DNA of 64,000 nucleotides from Rhynchobatus australiae (lineage: Eukaryota). The position numbers and the translations under genes were made by a program. The stretch spans positions 110,836,440 to 110,900,439 of the forward strand of contig JAUZTB010000076.1 in assembly GCA_034780895.1 (NCBI GenBank). The letters are read 5' to 3'. The notes beneath the pieces are model-generated. The model searched no databases and had not been told where the DNA came from. It was given only the letters and a program-made list of their open reading frames with translations. The stretch's first letter is position 1. Every line of letters begins with the position of its first letter. Shown in pieces: positions 49,621-63,055 of the stretch.

Positions 49621-52600
49621 CATGGTTAGACAGTAATACAGAACCAATCGTTGGTATGAGAGGGGAGCTTGTGTAATATTACCTTTTGCAAAGACAGAAA
49701 TAGTACCTTGAAGGATACGATATACCATAAACTGCATGTTATCAGTTACACCATGTCAGATGTAGCTTTCATCTGGAGACTGGATCCTGAAGTGTGCACT
49801 GTCCATGAGCGAAATACATCAGCCACATCACAAGATGCAACTTGACTTATCATATAGAGCTTGGTTGGAAATTATCTTTTGAAAACTAAGTTGCAAGTAG
49901 ATTTGTGCCTTCATTGTCTGGGCAGAGCACATTACCCACCATTACGGAACCATGTTTTCCTCATTACTCTGAAATCAGCCGATGAGATATTGGATAAGAT
50001 CTTACTGGCCTACCTCACTGGCACTCTGCATCCAAGCACCCAGTGGCAGGGCCTCCAGTGGTAGAGTGAGGAGGCTCCACCCCAAAACATCCCTGAAAAC
50101 TGGCAAAGTCACCCACCCTCCAACCACCTCCCCCAGTTTTTCTCCTTGTTGCAAGCCGCTCTCTACAGATCTACTCATTACCCTTACTATAATCGTTCTA
50201 CAATACCAATACCAGAAAGCTAAATGAATATTCTGCTTTATTTTGCTGAAGCCATACCTCTAGAATCACAGTGAATTTGCAGGTGATAAGTGGGGAAAGG
50301 CTGGCATTTTTCCAGCCAGGAACGGCAGTAAATCACAACCTGACTGCTGTGGGTAGAGTCCATGGTCATTAGCACTGATTAAACTCAGCTTCAGGGGTTC
50401 CTCAGACAAGTTGAATAAAGAGACCAGAATCTATTGCATCTATTATAATGCATTAAAATTGTAAAGTGAGTTTGTTTGACCCCACAGGCTTTTGGGACGT
50501 GTGCTTCTTGAGAAGGTGCGCAAGACTGAATTATTGCTGGTGAATTGTGCCTGTTGTAATCGTTCTTATGCTCTTTAGCTGTATGTATTCACAATGACTT
50601 GCCTGGAGGCAAACTGTAACAGATCATTTTGTACTCACCAAGACTGTTTATATGTGATGTATGGTATTTGTTCTTTGAAAGAAGTAGGACTGTCAAGTTA
50701 ATTCAATTCAAGCAGACGTTTAATCAAAAGTAGAAATTACTGTCAAACTTTAAGATTTTTTTTAAGGAGTTTTTTTTAAAAGGAAAAGTATTGACCAATT
50801 AGGAAAGTGATTTGCTTTGTGGTTTGAACTAAGAATTGAGATCCAGCAGATGTTCAGTCACCTCTGCAGTGCACTTCTATTTACCCTTAAAGTGGTAGAT
50901 TGAAAGATTACATCTATAATGGTGGATCTGGGGGCCAGTGGTGTAAACTGAGTTGTATCAGTTTCCTCCAATTTTCCTCCCCCTTTTTTTGGAGGTATCT
51001 TGCAGGAGGACGATTCCCCAGGAACCTGCAAGCCTTGGGTATCTGACCCAACTTTTCATTCCTTGTATATAGGACAGGACTATGAGAGGAATTGCAACTG
51101 AACCCAAACCTGACTTTGGGGAATGTCCACTTGTGCTGTTTTGGTTTTTAGTAGAAGTAGCCATGCTGTTTGATCAATTTCATCCTCTTTAAAACAGGGC
51201 CATTCGGCTATATTATTCTTGGCCATAGCCCAACTAAAACCAGTAACTCCACACATACAGGGAACTAATTGCTGGACCTTCCTGGTTTTTCAGCTCAGTC
51301 CCACATTAGGCACTCCGTTTATCAATTTAGCATCTGGATGGGACTCGTATTGTCTCCAAAGCAGATGGGAGATTCCTTGTAAATTTTAAAATTGCCACAG
51401 TCAGATGGAAACTTGGTGCAGGATGGGCGGGGAGGGAAAGCAACAAAAGTATTACTCGGCCTTATTTAATTAGTAGCTTCTCAGATTGGCAGAGGCCCAT
51501 CAAAGGCTGCCCTCCTTACCCTTCCAGCTAACGTTGAGTGGCTCCTGGAATCAAGGAGAGTATATTAGTCGACAAAGGCGGCTTCCTTGAGCCTGGAATC
51601 AAAATGTTACCTTAATCGTTAATTATCCTTACAGGGAGCATAAGAAGTTGGAGTAGGACTAGGCCATTTGGTCCCAATAGCCTGTTCGACCTTAAATAAA
51701 ATGGTAGCTGATCAATCTTAATGTAATTTTTGTGCCTTATCCCCATATCCCCTGATTCATCCAACCTCCAGAATTTCTGTCATCCTCCAATAGTACTTTT
51801 GAAAATGAACTGCATTAGATTTGCAGCTGGAGCCGAACCTCCCAGTTGAGTGGAATCTCAAATATTACCAATTGTGAGTGAACATGTTGAGATTTCTGGA
51901 GGCCCCTACCACTGAGACTGGATCATGTAAATTTTATTGCGTCACTTTAAATAAAACCTTCAAATTGCAAGATGCAAAAGAACTGAGCCAAAGGAAGTGC
52001 CCACATCACCAAGACATTTCACTTCAGAAATGACAAACTCACTCGGGAGTAGCTGCCAAAGAATGTTACCGTAGGCTACAACTTGAAGCTGCCTAAACCT
52101 TATCTGGGGAATGGGCTGATTGGAGGGAGAGAAACATTAAATGGTCTTATTAAACGCCAGTTTATCCACAAGCTTAAAGAAGTATGCTGGCGTCAACACT
52201 CAAATTATAAATGTATATCTATTTAATTTATTTTATAGATGTTGATTGTATTTTTCAATCAATTTAACTGCAGCAAAATGTTCATTTACCTGCAGTGCAA
52301 AAAGATGAAAATGTGTGAATTTATTGCAGTGCTTAGCTGGAGATGGACATGTACTTATTACTTTAAAAGGCCATTAGTGTGTAAATCAAGCATAACTTTG
52401 CCTTTTGTACTGTGATTTATTGTTGTGAGCCTTCAAATTTTATTGATTTTTTTTTGGGTGAGGGTTTCTCTTGGCAAAATGCAGGGCTGAACTCGAACAT
52501 GCCTCGATAAAATCTAACCATTTTATGAAACGTCTCTGGGGCTGGGTAAAAGTTGAGAGAAGCTGGGTGAAAGTGTGCTTGGATTTTTGATAAATTGACA

Positions 52601-55600
52601 TTCATCACTCACTGCTTTGAACAAGGCTGGTCATTGCTCACAGGAAATCTTTAATCTCATTTTCATAGATCACCCTGTCAAACTGACTGCTCTGAATGAC
52701 TGAGAAAGGGAAGGAGTAGCTGCCGTTTTGTGGGGGTTGTGGGGTGAAGAGGTAATGGATTTGTCACGGAGATAAAGGATTTGCCATGGAGATGTACAGA
52801 ATCTTAGAACACAAGCATACCTTTTGCTTACCTGCACACTATATTGCAGGAAGTCCCTCTTCTCTCAGCATTGGCTGGGATCCAAAATGATCCATATTTA
52901 TAGGGTAAAGATGTGTGCAGTGTGGGAGGTGATCTTCCAGCATCGTACTGGAGCTACGCAGAGAAAATTACTCCTTATCAGGTAATATNNNGACAGGAAG
53001 GTAAATTAGGCAAAGTCTAACTCAAAGGTGGAAGTGAACTGAGATTAATAATTAATTTTTGGAAAAAAAAGATCATGCTCGGTATGCAAGTGCCATTGGC
53101 AGTATGAGGAGAACTTTTCAGGATTTTGTGGCCGGATTCTGCTCCTGCTGCGTCCTGATTTAATGAGTCCATTCAGTTTGATGCTTTTTCCCCTCACGAT
53201 CTGATAGTGCTTAGTGGCTTGATTGTGGAGCATGGACCAAGTCCAGAAAATATATGCACAAGATTACACCATTCCCCATGCAGTGTTCACTTTGGTTCAT
53301 TATAGGGAAACTTAGATTAGGTTGCCTTGGGGAGTAACCATTGCTGAACACCAGGATAATCTGGTTTACCCAGCACAATAGTGGATTGAGAGATTAATGA
53401 CCGAAATGGTGATTGGCACCTTGCTGCTGCACCCACCTAGTGCATCTGTTGTAGCACACTAGAATTTCTGGGCTAACATAAATAAAGGTTGTTGTTGTGG
53501 AAAGGCATCCGAACCAAGATTCATGTGACAGTAAGAGTTCACAAATGGGCCTATGCGCACACCTGTCTTCACTGCAAGACCAGATGTAGGCACTCTCAGC
53601 AGGGATTGTTGAATTGTGATCAAGTGCAAGAACCTTGGCCAGCTTCCTCTTTCAAAGGGAGAAGTCCTGTGCTGCCTTGCACTTTCATGACGTGTTGAAA
53701 GGTGGTCTCTCTCTGGCAGACTGCATCCTGTGCCACGTTGTAGGAGACAGTGCGGTCAAGACATATAAATGGTGAACTCTGAATAGCAGAAGATCTGCTC
53801 CAAAGAAATTAATAACTATGTAAGTATATATAGCAAAACCACAATATATATACTGTGTTTTTCATCCAGGGAATAGCAAAGTAGCTTCCAAAATATTTGC
53901 TATATTTAACACATGAAGATATTGGATCTTTGCCTTTTCTTTACTTACCTCACCAGTTATGAGTACTCCAGTACTGTCTAACACATGTTACCACTTTACA
54001 ATGGTTTGGAAGGCCCGTCTCATAGCAACTTTAAGTAGCTCCATGTAAACGCAGTTAACACAGAGGAAAGCCATGCTGATGGAGAAAAGTGCAGTGAATG
54101 ACGATGAAAGTGTTGGGAAATTGCATTACCATGTGGTGCTGGAGAGCACATATACACATGGCAAAGGTTGTGAATGGCATCTTCGGTTATTACTCACTAC
54201 AGACAAACAAACATCATTGATGGCCTCTGTGGATTTCAAGTATCTCTTTCTCTGAGCAGGAGTATTCCTTTTCAAAAAGTGTTTTACTTCATTGGCCCCA
54301 CTGGAGACTTTCTACATTCAGAAAGAGTAACTGGGTGCCCAATTTCCCGAAGGTGCTTTGAAAGAATGATTCTGCTTCCACTTATTCCAGTTTCTTCCTC
54401 GGGGAACCACCTCAGCTTAGTGTTCCTTTAAAAGCAATATGTGCACCACAGCTTTGAGACAGGTTCTGAAATGTTTCCCAGCACTCAGGCCATAAAGTGA
54501 TGAAGAAAAGAACATTGTTTACAGAATTAACTAACTAGTGTTGCACAATTCATTTTTTAAAAAATATCTCTTTTGGTAATAATCCTACTCGAGTAGTTTT
54601 ACCTGGGAATCTCCTCCTCCTCCTCAGTCTCATGATCACTCCAGCCAGAGTTGTTTTACCATTTAGAATATTAAATACTTTTAGAAACTGCTCAGTCTGA
54701 ATACTTCAGGAGCTCTTTCTTGTGTTGTCTACTTTTTTTCTGGGCTACTTCAACAATTTTTCTTACAGTAACTGCTTTACTGGATATCTCAGTCATTTAT
54801 ATATTCTGAGTGGTGTATTGGCTGCGGGATTTAATCATCCAGGGAGCTTAAGTTTTCAGTGACTCCCTTATGAACAACTGGAAAGGTGCCAGCTTAGTTC
54901 CGTACAAAATGTGCCATTTGACTTCTTCCCTTTAATTTTTGGTGCAAGGAACAAAGTTGAAGAGAAGACCTGATTCAGAGTTTATAAATTTTACATGACA
55001 CAAATTGTGATTCTGGGCCTAAACTAAATAACTGACCTCGTGAGAATCTCATGACTCTGATTCAAGTGCACCATTTGTCTGCTCAGTAGATTTTGCTGTT
55101 ACCATAAGGATTGATCAAGGAAGAAATTCAGCGTGGAAGAACAAGAAAATTGTCCAGTGACTGTGTGGGTCAATAGATTAGGCTATTACCCTGGCTGGCA
55201 TCTTACAACATTAAGGAACAGAGGGATAAACATTTCTTGTTGGNNNNNNNNNNNNNNNNNNNNNNNNNNNNNNNNNNNNNNNNNNNNNNNNNNNNNNNNN
55301 NNNNNNNNNNNNNNNNNNNNNNNNNNNNNNNNNNNNNNNNNNNAACATTTCTTGTTGGATAAATTAATTTCAAAGCTCTCTCAATAGTTCACTGGATTAA
55401 TGCACCATCTGGCATGATTCTGAGCCACAGGAACTAGAAGGACCCAGTTTCAAGTTCTGCTTTGTGTTGGGGTGATAATGCAATTAGTTTGTGAGATGGA
55501 GAAGGGGGAATGATCAGCGGAGTTTCCCTTTACTCCGCAATTATCAGTGCCCAAAACTTACTGTATTTTGCTGGATGATACTTTTCACAATCCACTAACC

Positions 55601-57355
55601 TGTCAATACTCATTATCTATGGTAACAAATGAATGACCCCTCCTTACGGGAGGTAGGAGAGGGCTGCTGAATCATTTTCTCAACATGTCAGAGCTTTCAG
55701 AAAATAGGAAATGGAAGGAAACAAGTTTGAGCGATCTCAGCCCATTTCCTGTTCTCCAATGAGCCTTGCAGAGCAACAGTGGAACCTAACTATCAAAATG
55801 AGTACCTGATTATAGGGCCACCATTTCCTTTTGGTCAATAGATAGTTCAACTGTTCATTGGTTTTGGCTGGTATGGACCTCCACTAGTCATTAAGAAATT
55901 ACTCATGGTAAGTAACAAAAGCTGTGATTTTGGTTTGGACCTACTGTTACTGTTTACTCAGCTATGATGTAAATGGGGCATATTATATACTGCAGCCAAA
56001 GTTATTATCAAAACCTTTTCAAGTGGAAGCAATTGTATGTAATATAGAAGTGACATTATCGGGATACTTGTTGCTAAGAACACAGTTCAACAGAAGGCTT
56101 CAATCACATTAGAAAGGTGAAAAGGTGGAGCCCATTTACAGCTGCACATATAAAAAATCTTCAGTGATTATTTTAATTTGCTGCTGCATGGCTTAGCTTA
56201 AAGTTCAGAGGCAGCTGGGGAGTTGAGAAAGAAAAGAAAAGTTGACTTTCTTTTCCTTGAATCACATAGAAATGAGGGAGTTAAAGAGGGAGGAGAGACT
56301 GAATGGCAGCCAAGGGTGCAATGCAGGGCAGGCCAGAGGAACTGGGCAAGAATCAAACCGACATGCTTCACATACTCCATTATTAGGATCCCATCAAGGA
56401 ACCTTTTTTTGTCAAACAGAGCAAGAAAAGTTTTGTTAATTAAAAGCCTTTGCACTATTCATGTCCAGAGAGAAGAGAAGCAAAATAGTTTTGCGTTTCT
56501 GATTTTGGGGGAGGGGCAGAAGACGCCAGCCCAGCTCCAACACCAACAATCAAACTCAGTGTTTAGGATTTGATGAAAAAATAGTTCAGTTGAATGGATG
56601 CTGCTTATTAAAAGCTGCATTCTTTGTGTGAGAACTGAATTCAATAGAGACATGCACTTCATCAGGTAATGGATATTGAATCTGCTGAACTAAATGTATC
56701 TGTGACATCTTTTTCAGAAGTATGTAGGCTTTGTGTAGATTTAATAGATAAAGCTTTGTGTTGATAATCACAAAGGAACTTTTCAAAGTTACAGTTAATG
56801 CTTTGTTTACAGGTGATTTTGAGATGGTTAAAGGCTCAAATAAACCTTTTCCTGTATGTTTGCAAATAACTAAAAAGTTAAGGAGATATTTAACTACCTG
56901 AAGTGTGCAATGCATGTCCCTTTATTTAAAGAAACAATTAGTTCCATGCTCTTGGGAAACAAATGTTCAGTCTATTGCTTGTTAAACAAGCCAGCTGGTT
57001 GTAGAGTGATCGGGAAGAAATAATGTATAATATGCTGAATACTTACAGCAGGTCAGACAAAAATGCTCATGTCTCGGAGTAACAGATTGACTGATTTTCA
57101 ATATCATAGGGATGTGTCCAGTTTCCACTCTGACCCTCTTTCCATTGATATGGTACAGCTTTAAACTCAATGCCAGAACTGCCTGCATACATCTATAGGA
57201 CTCAGTGTTGCACTTTTCATTGAATTTTAGTATGTTGAACCGTGAATGCTTAAGTAATCCAGTAAGGCAGAAATAGGCTGCTGTAACTCTTAACACTATT
57301 AAGCAATGTACTGTGGCATATCTGATGTGTTAATGTATCTGTAACTGCCACGGGT

Positions 57356-57625
57356 ACAAATTAGGAAGATCAAAAATCTATTACCAGGTGTGTGAATGTA
57401 TTTTTCTTGTGCATGTTGCTCTTGCAGTTTTTTTATAAGTAGATGCATATTGTATATATGTGTTTTTAAAAAAAAACTTAATGGCCTCTCCCAAAGGCCT
57501 TTTGCAGAAATGCCCCAATGCTTGATTCTTAGCTACACAAATTAGGAAGATCCCAAATCTATTACCAGGTGCGTGAATGTATTTTTCTTGTGGACGTTAC
57601 TCTTGTCAGTTTTTTGTATAAAGAG
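57356..57625 (+). repeat. Local direct duplication, ~88-nt unit, period ~181
   Basis: acaaattaggaagatcaaaaatctattaccaggtgtgtgaatgtatttttcttgtgcatgttgctcttgcag versus acaaattaggaagatcccaaatctattaccaggtgcgtgaatgtatttttcttgtggacgttactcttgtcag. Confidence 0.85.
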
Positions 57626-57796
57626 AGGCTGAAGTCGAGCAGATTTACACCTCTGGTTGCAATACCATTCCATCTGTGGATACTGGGTGCGAACTGGATC
57701 ATGAGTGTGTGCAAAGAAGTGTAGACTGCTTGGGTTCACTGTGAAGGATTATGTAAGAATGGTCATAAGACAAGGTGGTGATGCACTCTGTAATGA

Positions 57797-58426
57797 TAGG
57801 TAGACAGGGTGGTGAAGAAGACATTTGGCATGCTTGCCTTCATTGGTCAGGGCACTGAGTACAAGATTAGTGACATTGAGGCCACACTTGGAGTATCATG
57901 TGCAGTTGTGGTCACCTAGCTATGGGAAGAATGTTGTTAGGTTGGAAAGGGTGCAGAAAAGATTCACAAGGATGTTACCTGGGCTGGAGGGCTTGAGCTA
58001 TAAGTAGAGACTGGATAGGTTGAGGCGGTTTATCCCTGGAGTGTAGGAGGCTGAGGGGTGACCACACAGAGGTGTATAAAATCATGAGGAGCATAGATGA
58101 AGTAAATAGTCACAGAATTTTTCCTAGGGTAAGGGAGTCTAAAATTGGAAGGCGTAGATTTAAGGCCAGGGGGAAAAATTTAAAGGAGACCAGAGAAGGC
58201 AAGTTCTTCATACGGAGGTTGGTGGGTATGTGGAATGACCTGCCACAGGAAGTGGTAGCAGCAAGTACAATTGCAGTGTTGAAAGATATTTGTACAAGTA
58301 CGTGGATTGGAAGGGTTTAGAGGGATATGAGCCAAATGCAGGCAAATGAAACTAGCTCAAGTAGGCAACTTAGCCAGCAATGGATGAGTTAGACCAAAGG
58401 GTCTGTTTCTGTGCTGTATGACTCTG
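57797..58426 (+). mobile_element. CR1 LINE 3' end (relatively young)
   Basis: Encodes LRPHLEYHVQLWSPSYGKNVVRLERVQKRFTRMLPGLEGLSY and YKIMRSID...FFIRRLVGMWNDLPQEVV, the canonical CR1 ORF2 C-terminus, followed by the 3' tail. Confidence 0.9.
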
Positions 58427-59660
58427 AGCCCAGCAAGATTCACTGCCTTTTAAGGAGGATACAGCAAATTGGGAAAGTAAATAGAGAAACCATACCACCA
58501 AATAGAACTGCACTTAATGAGATTGGTATATCAATTTGCATTGCCATCACTGAGTTTTTCAGAGGCGTTTCAGACTTTTCAAGAAACCTTAACTTTCACA
58601 AGAACTCCCTAAGTGAGACATTTATCAATAATGTAAAGGTTATTAACAATTTTCTTACAAAAGGAAATACTTTTATGAAGTTCAGTGGTTAAGTGGTAGA
58701 CTGTTTTTCTTCTTTTAAAGCCAAACTAAAAAAGCCCATCTTTTAATACTTTAGTCTCACTTAACAGCATGATACTGACAGTAAAATAACATCTGTTTGT
58801 GAATGACTAATGTGACTGACCCAGTCCCATGGCTGTAAATCTATTCATTGTACATTTAAGTTGCACGTGGCAAGTCGGCACTGCTTTGCCAAAGATCGTG
58901 CTTTGCTGAAAAATGAAAGGAAGAATTTGAGGAGCTGGACAGGCTGCAGCCAGATTTTGTTTTTAAAACGCATGCTTTAGACTCACCATAGTATATCAAT
59001 TCATCTGTTTACAATTAGCCCACTATGCCGTGTGTCTCTATGTAGTCCAACTCATTTGGATGAAAAATCCATCTATAATCCAACTAACCAACTCTCCCTC
59101 ATTCAGTAGAGTCTCATGAGTGAGGTTGCTTTCTCTTGCTCACCTGCTATAGGATTTTGCTCTTATCTCCCTTGCCAATATATCCCATGGCTTTTCTTGC
59201 TCTTCAGTGAGGAAAAGGAGCAGAAGACATTAAGAAATTCACTGCCAGGTGAGCTGAAGAAAGAGCGAGAGAAAGAGGGAACAGAAATAGTAGGAAGGAA
59301 AGAGAATGGGATTAAAGGATTAGTTAATGCCATTTGACAGTCTTCAGCATCATTTGTGGCAGTTGGAGATTACTGCATTTAGTCACGTGCATGCTTCTAG
59401 GGCGACTCTTACAGTCTCAGATGTGTGACATCTGGAAAAACTCCAATTTATCATTTATCTGATTGGTAGTTTTGTTTTACCTGGAAATATTGTTAAAACA
59501 AGCATTACAATAATGTTCATGAGTAAAGTGTTAGCACAGGTGTGATGGACTGAATGGCAGCCTCTTGTTGCAGGGTTCCATAGTTTCTGTGACAACAGTA
59601 TTTCTGGCATTCACATAACAAATATTTTGCACTATTTATTTTTGTAATTTCATACATTTT

Positions 59661-60093
59661 TATAGAACATAGAACACTACAGCACAGTACAGGCCCTTCG
59701 GCCCACAATGTTCTGCTGATATTTTATCCTGCTCTAATATCCATCAAACCCTTCCCTCCCAAATGTTAATGCTTCCTTCCAATTTTTCTATCATTCATGT
59801 GGCTATCTAAGAGTCTCTTAAATGTCCCTAATGTACCTGTCCCCTCAACCTCTGCCGGCAGCGCGTTCCACTCACCCACCGCTCTGTTTTTAAAAAAAAA
59901 CTTACCTCTGACATACCCCTTATCTTCCTCCAATCACCTTAAAATTATGCCCCCTTGGGTGAGCCATTCTTGCCCTGGAAAAAGTTTCTGATTGTCTATG
60001 TGATCTATGCCTCTTATGATCTATGCCTCTTATCATCTTGTACACCTCTATCAGGTCACCTCTCATCCTCCTTCTCTCCAAAGAGAAAAGCCC
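59661..60093 (-). mobile_element. CR1 LINE 3' end
   Basis: Terminal (atagaac)2 then actacagcacagtacaggcccttcggcccac...acctctgccggcagcgcgttccac. Runs into a gap. Confidence 0.85.
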
Positions 60094-60365
60094 NNNNNNN
60101 NNNNNNNNNNNNNNNNNNNNNNNNNNNNNNNNNNNNNNNNNNNNNNNNNNNNNNNNNNNNNNNNNNNNNNNNNNNNNNNNNNNNNNNNNNNNNGTACACG
60201 TGACTATTAAAGAGATCTTGTATCTGATATATTAAAAAAAATATGGACTACTTTTAGATAAACATTATCGGTTGGGAAAAGGCCAGTTTCAATGGGGTGA
60301 GAAAAGATCTGCCCTAGGTTTTAAAGGCAAGAATGCTGGAAACACTCAGCAGGTAAGTCAACATT

Positions 60366-60990
60366 GCAGCACAGTGGTGATGCTGCATAGCTCCAGCAAT
60401 GGGGCATCACAGTAGTGTAGCGGTTAGTGTAACACTATTACAGCCCCAGCGACCCGGGCTGCTGTGTGTAAGGAGTTTGTACGTTCTCCCCGTGTCTGCG
60501 TGGGTTTCCTCCGGGTGCTCCGGTTTCCTCCGGGTGCTCCAGTTTCCTCCCACAGTCCAAAGCCGTACAGGTTAGGAGCTGTGGGCATGTTATGTTGGCG
60601 CTGGAAGAGTGGTGACGCTTGCGGGCTGCCCGCAGCACATTCTCAGTAACGCAAAAAGATGCATTTCACTGCGTGTTTTGATGTACATGTGACTAATTAG
60701 TAAATATCTTGTATCTGGGTTCAATCCTTACCTCCAGTGCTGCCTGTGTGGAATTTGCATGTTCTCTCTGTGACTGCACTGGTTTCCTCCCACATCCCAA
60801 AGACGTGATGGTCAATTGGCCACAATAAATTGCCCCTAGTGTGACAGTGAATTATAGAATCTAGGGGGAGCTGATGGGAATTTGGGGAGAATAAAGTGGA
60901 ATTGGTGTCAGATTATTATAAAACGCATGTCCTTGATGGTTGTCACAGAGTCAGTGGGCCGAAAGGCCTGTAGTGTGCCATATGGTTGGT
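60366..60990 (+). mobile_element. Older V-domain SINE interrupted by the 60401-60715 insertion
   Basis: Head gcagcacagtggtg...ctccagcaat (60366-60400) resumes at 60716 with tgggttcaatcc (B box), V core, taaattgcccctagtgt and the CR1 tail gggccgaaaggcctgt. Confidence 0.7.
60401..60715 (+). mobile_element. V-domain SINE with Rex-like tail, nested in an older V-SINE
   Basis: Head ggggcatcacagtagtgtagcggttag, V core with a duplicated ggtttcctccgggtgctcc, tail gatgcatttcactgcgtgttttgatgtacatgtgactaat. Confidence 0.85.
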
Positions 60991-60999
60991 TCCATAACT

Positions 61000-62330
61000 T
61001 GTATGAGGTAAATTGGAATCAAAGATGGGAGGCAAAATGGCAAATGAATATTGGGGAGCCTTTAAGGAGTACTGGTAGAGTTTACGTTTGTACCTTCAAA
61101 GGAGAAAGGGAGGCAATTAAAGCCAGAGCCCCCTGAAAGATTAATGAGATAGGGAATAAATTAAAATAAAGAAGGCGGCCACATGAGGGATGTCATGTTG
61201 ATGACACAACTGAGCACCAGGCTGATATTGGAAGGTTCAGAGAATTAAAAATCTGAAATGAGAAGGGCAGAGGGAGGTTGTGTGGAAGGACCGACAGCAA
61301 GCACTGAAGGGAATCCGAAACTCAACTATAGATACATAAATAGATATTAAAAGAAGAGTTGGGCTCACTAGTGGCCAAAAAAGAGATCCACATAGTGGGA
61401 GAGGGTATGATCTTAGTAATAAATGAGTACATCAGATTGGTCTTCACCTGTGAAAATGATGCTGTAGAAGTCACAGCAAAGGCAGTTACCAGAGAGGCTA
61501 TTGCTGATGCTAGAAAGAACTACTAGAATGGCTAGCTTCAGAATCCAATTTATTATCACTGATGCATGATGTGACATTTGTTATTTTACAGCAGCTGTAT
61601 TAAAAGCTGTATTTAGCTGTATTAAAAGCAAACACTGAGTCCAGCTTGAATATATGAGGTTACAGAGGGAAGCAAGGGTTAGAATTGAAGAGGTATTGGT
61701 CATAATCTTCCAAATGTAGTTATGAGGTTGGTGTCTGTGGGCTGGAGAATTGCAAATGCCTCATTCTTGTTCATGAAGGGATCAAGCAAATATAGACACT
61801 CGGTTGAAATTCCCTGGTGTGAAAACTAGAAATGAAAATCAGGGAGCAAATTAGTAGTTTCTTGGAGATGTTGTGATTAATTGGGGGAAAAGCAACTTGG
61901 AATTTTTAATGGCAAATCATGTTTACCTGTCTTGGAAGTGTTTTGATGAAGTAACAGAGAAACTCCATACAGAGGATGTGGTGCATATGAGGCAATAGAG
62001 ACTGTGGCAACATGGATGGATGATTGGCTTAAGGGACAGGAAACAGGGTAGTAGTGAATGGTTGGGTTTCATTCTGGAGAGAAGTGTACAGTGATTTCTC
62101 CAGGGGTTGGCACGAGAATCACTGCTTTTTTCTGCATGTTCTTGACTTGGATCTGAGTGTACACTATGTCCAAATTTGCAGATGATATAAAACTTGGCAG
62201 CTGGTGAATTATGTGGAGAGTGTAGACAGGCTGGTGGAAAGGATGAAACTGAATGCAGAAAAATGTTGAGTGTTTTAGACTTCAATAGAAAGAATGTGGA
62301 AAGAAGCTTCAACCAGAAGATGTAATTCCT
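61000..62330 (+). mobile_element. Old CR1 LINE ORF2 body (continues from ~60240-60320 and at ~63070-63310)
   Basis: Decayed CR1 landmarks: ggctggagaattgcaaatg (WRxAN), ggcaaatcatgttta (GKSCL), gtgatttctccagggg (GVPQG), tccaaatttgcagatgatataaaacttgg (SKFADDTKLG). Confidence 0.75.
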
Positions 62331-62659
62331 GTTGGTTTTATGGCAGTATTTGTGCTAAGATTCAAAGTGATGGTAATTAGGGCCCAGATTCAAAGTGCTG
62401 AATCCTCTTCACAGATTCACAGAATGATTGCAGCATAAAAAGGCTATTTGGCCCATCAAATTCACGTCAGCTCTCTGCAAGCACAATTCAAGTAGTCCAG
62501 CTTCCCCAAAATCAATTTCTTTTCAAGTCCTTATTCAGTTTGTCTTTGAATGCGTGCATGAATCTACCTCTGTTATTCTCTCCGGCAGCATGTTGTTGAT
62601 ACAAACTACTCACTGTGCTGGTCTTTTGTCAGTCATCTTCATTCTGCCAATTAGAACAG

Positions 62660-62894
62660 TTATTTACAACGTGTTAACAGGCCCTTTCAGCCCAACAAGT
62701 CCGTGCCGCCCAATTTACACCCATATTAACTTACCCGTACGTCTTTGGAATGTGGGAGGAAACCGGAGCACCCGGAGGAAACCCACGCAGACATGGGCGA
62801 ATGTACAAACTCCTTACAGACTGCGATGGGAATCCAACCCCGATCGCTGGCGCAGTAATAGCGTCGTGCTAACTGCTATGCTACCGTGTTGCCC
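62660..62894 (-). mobile_element. V-domain SINE with CR1-type tail
   Basis: The reverse complement matches the 2977-3220 copy over head, V core and tail (aatatggg...gggctgaaagggcctgttaacacgttgtaaataa). Confidence 0.88.
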
Positions 62895-62989
62895 GTAAAG
62901 GTCAGGAGAAGGGGAGAAAGGCAACATGAATATCCTAAGAAAGGAGGCAAGTCAGAATGAGAAATGAAAATCCAGAAAGACGAGTAGGG

Positions 62990-63055
62990 CTTTTAGCATT
63001 TCAAGCCTCTCCTTTTAGCATTTCAAACCTCTGCTTTTAGCATTTCAAACCTCTG
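62990..63055 (+). repeat. Minisatellite, 3 x 22 bp
   Basis: cttttagcatttcaa(g/a)cctct(c/g) in three adjacent copies with no spacers. Confidence 0.92.

Noticed and set aside
62990-63055. CRISPR-like array
   Set aside because: Three head-to-tail 22-mers with no spacers in a vertebrate intron: a plain minisatellite.
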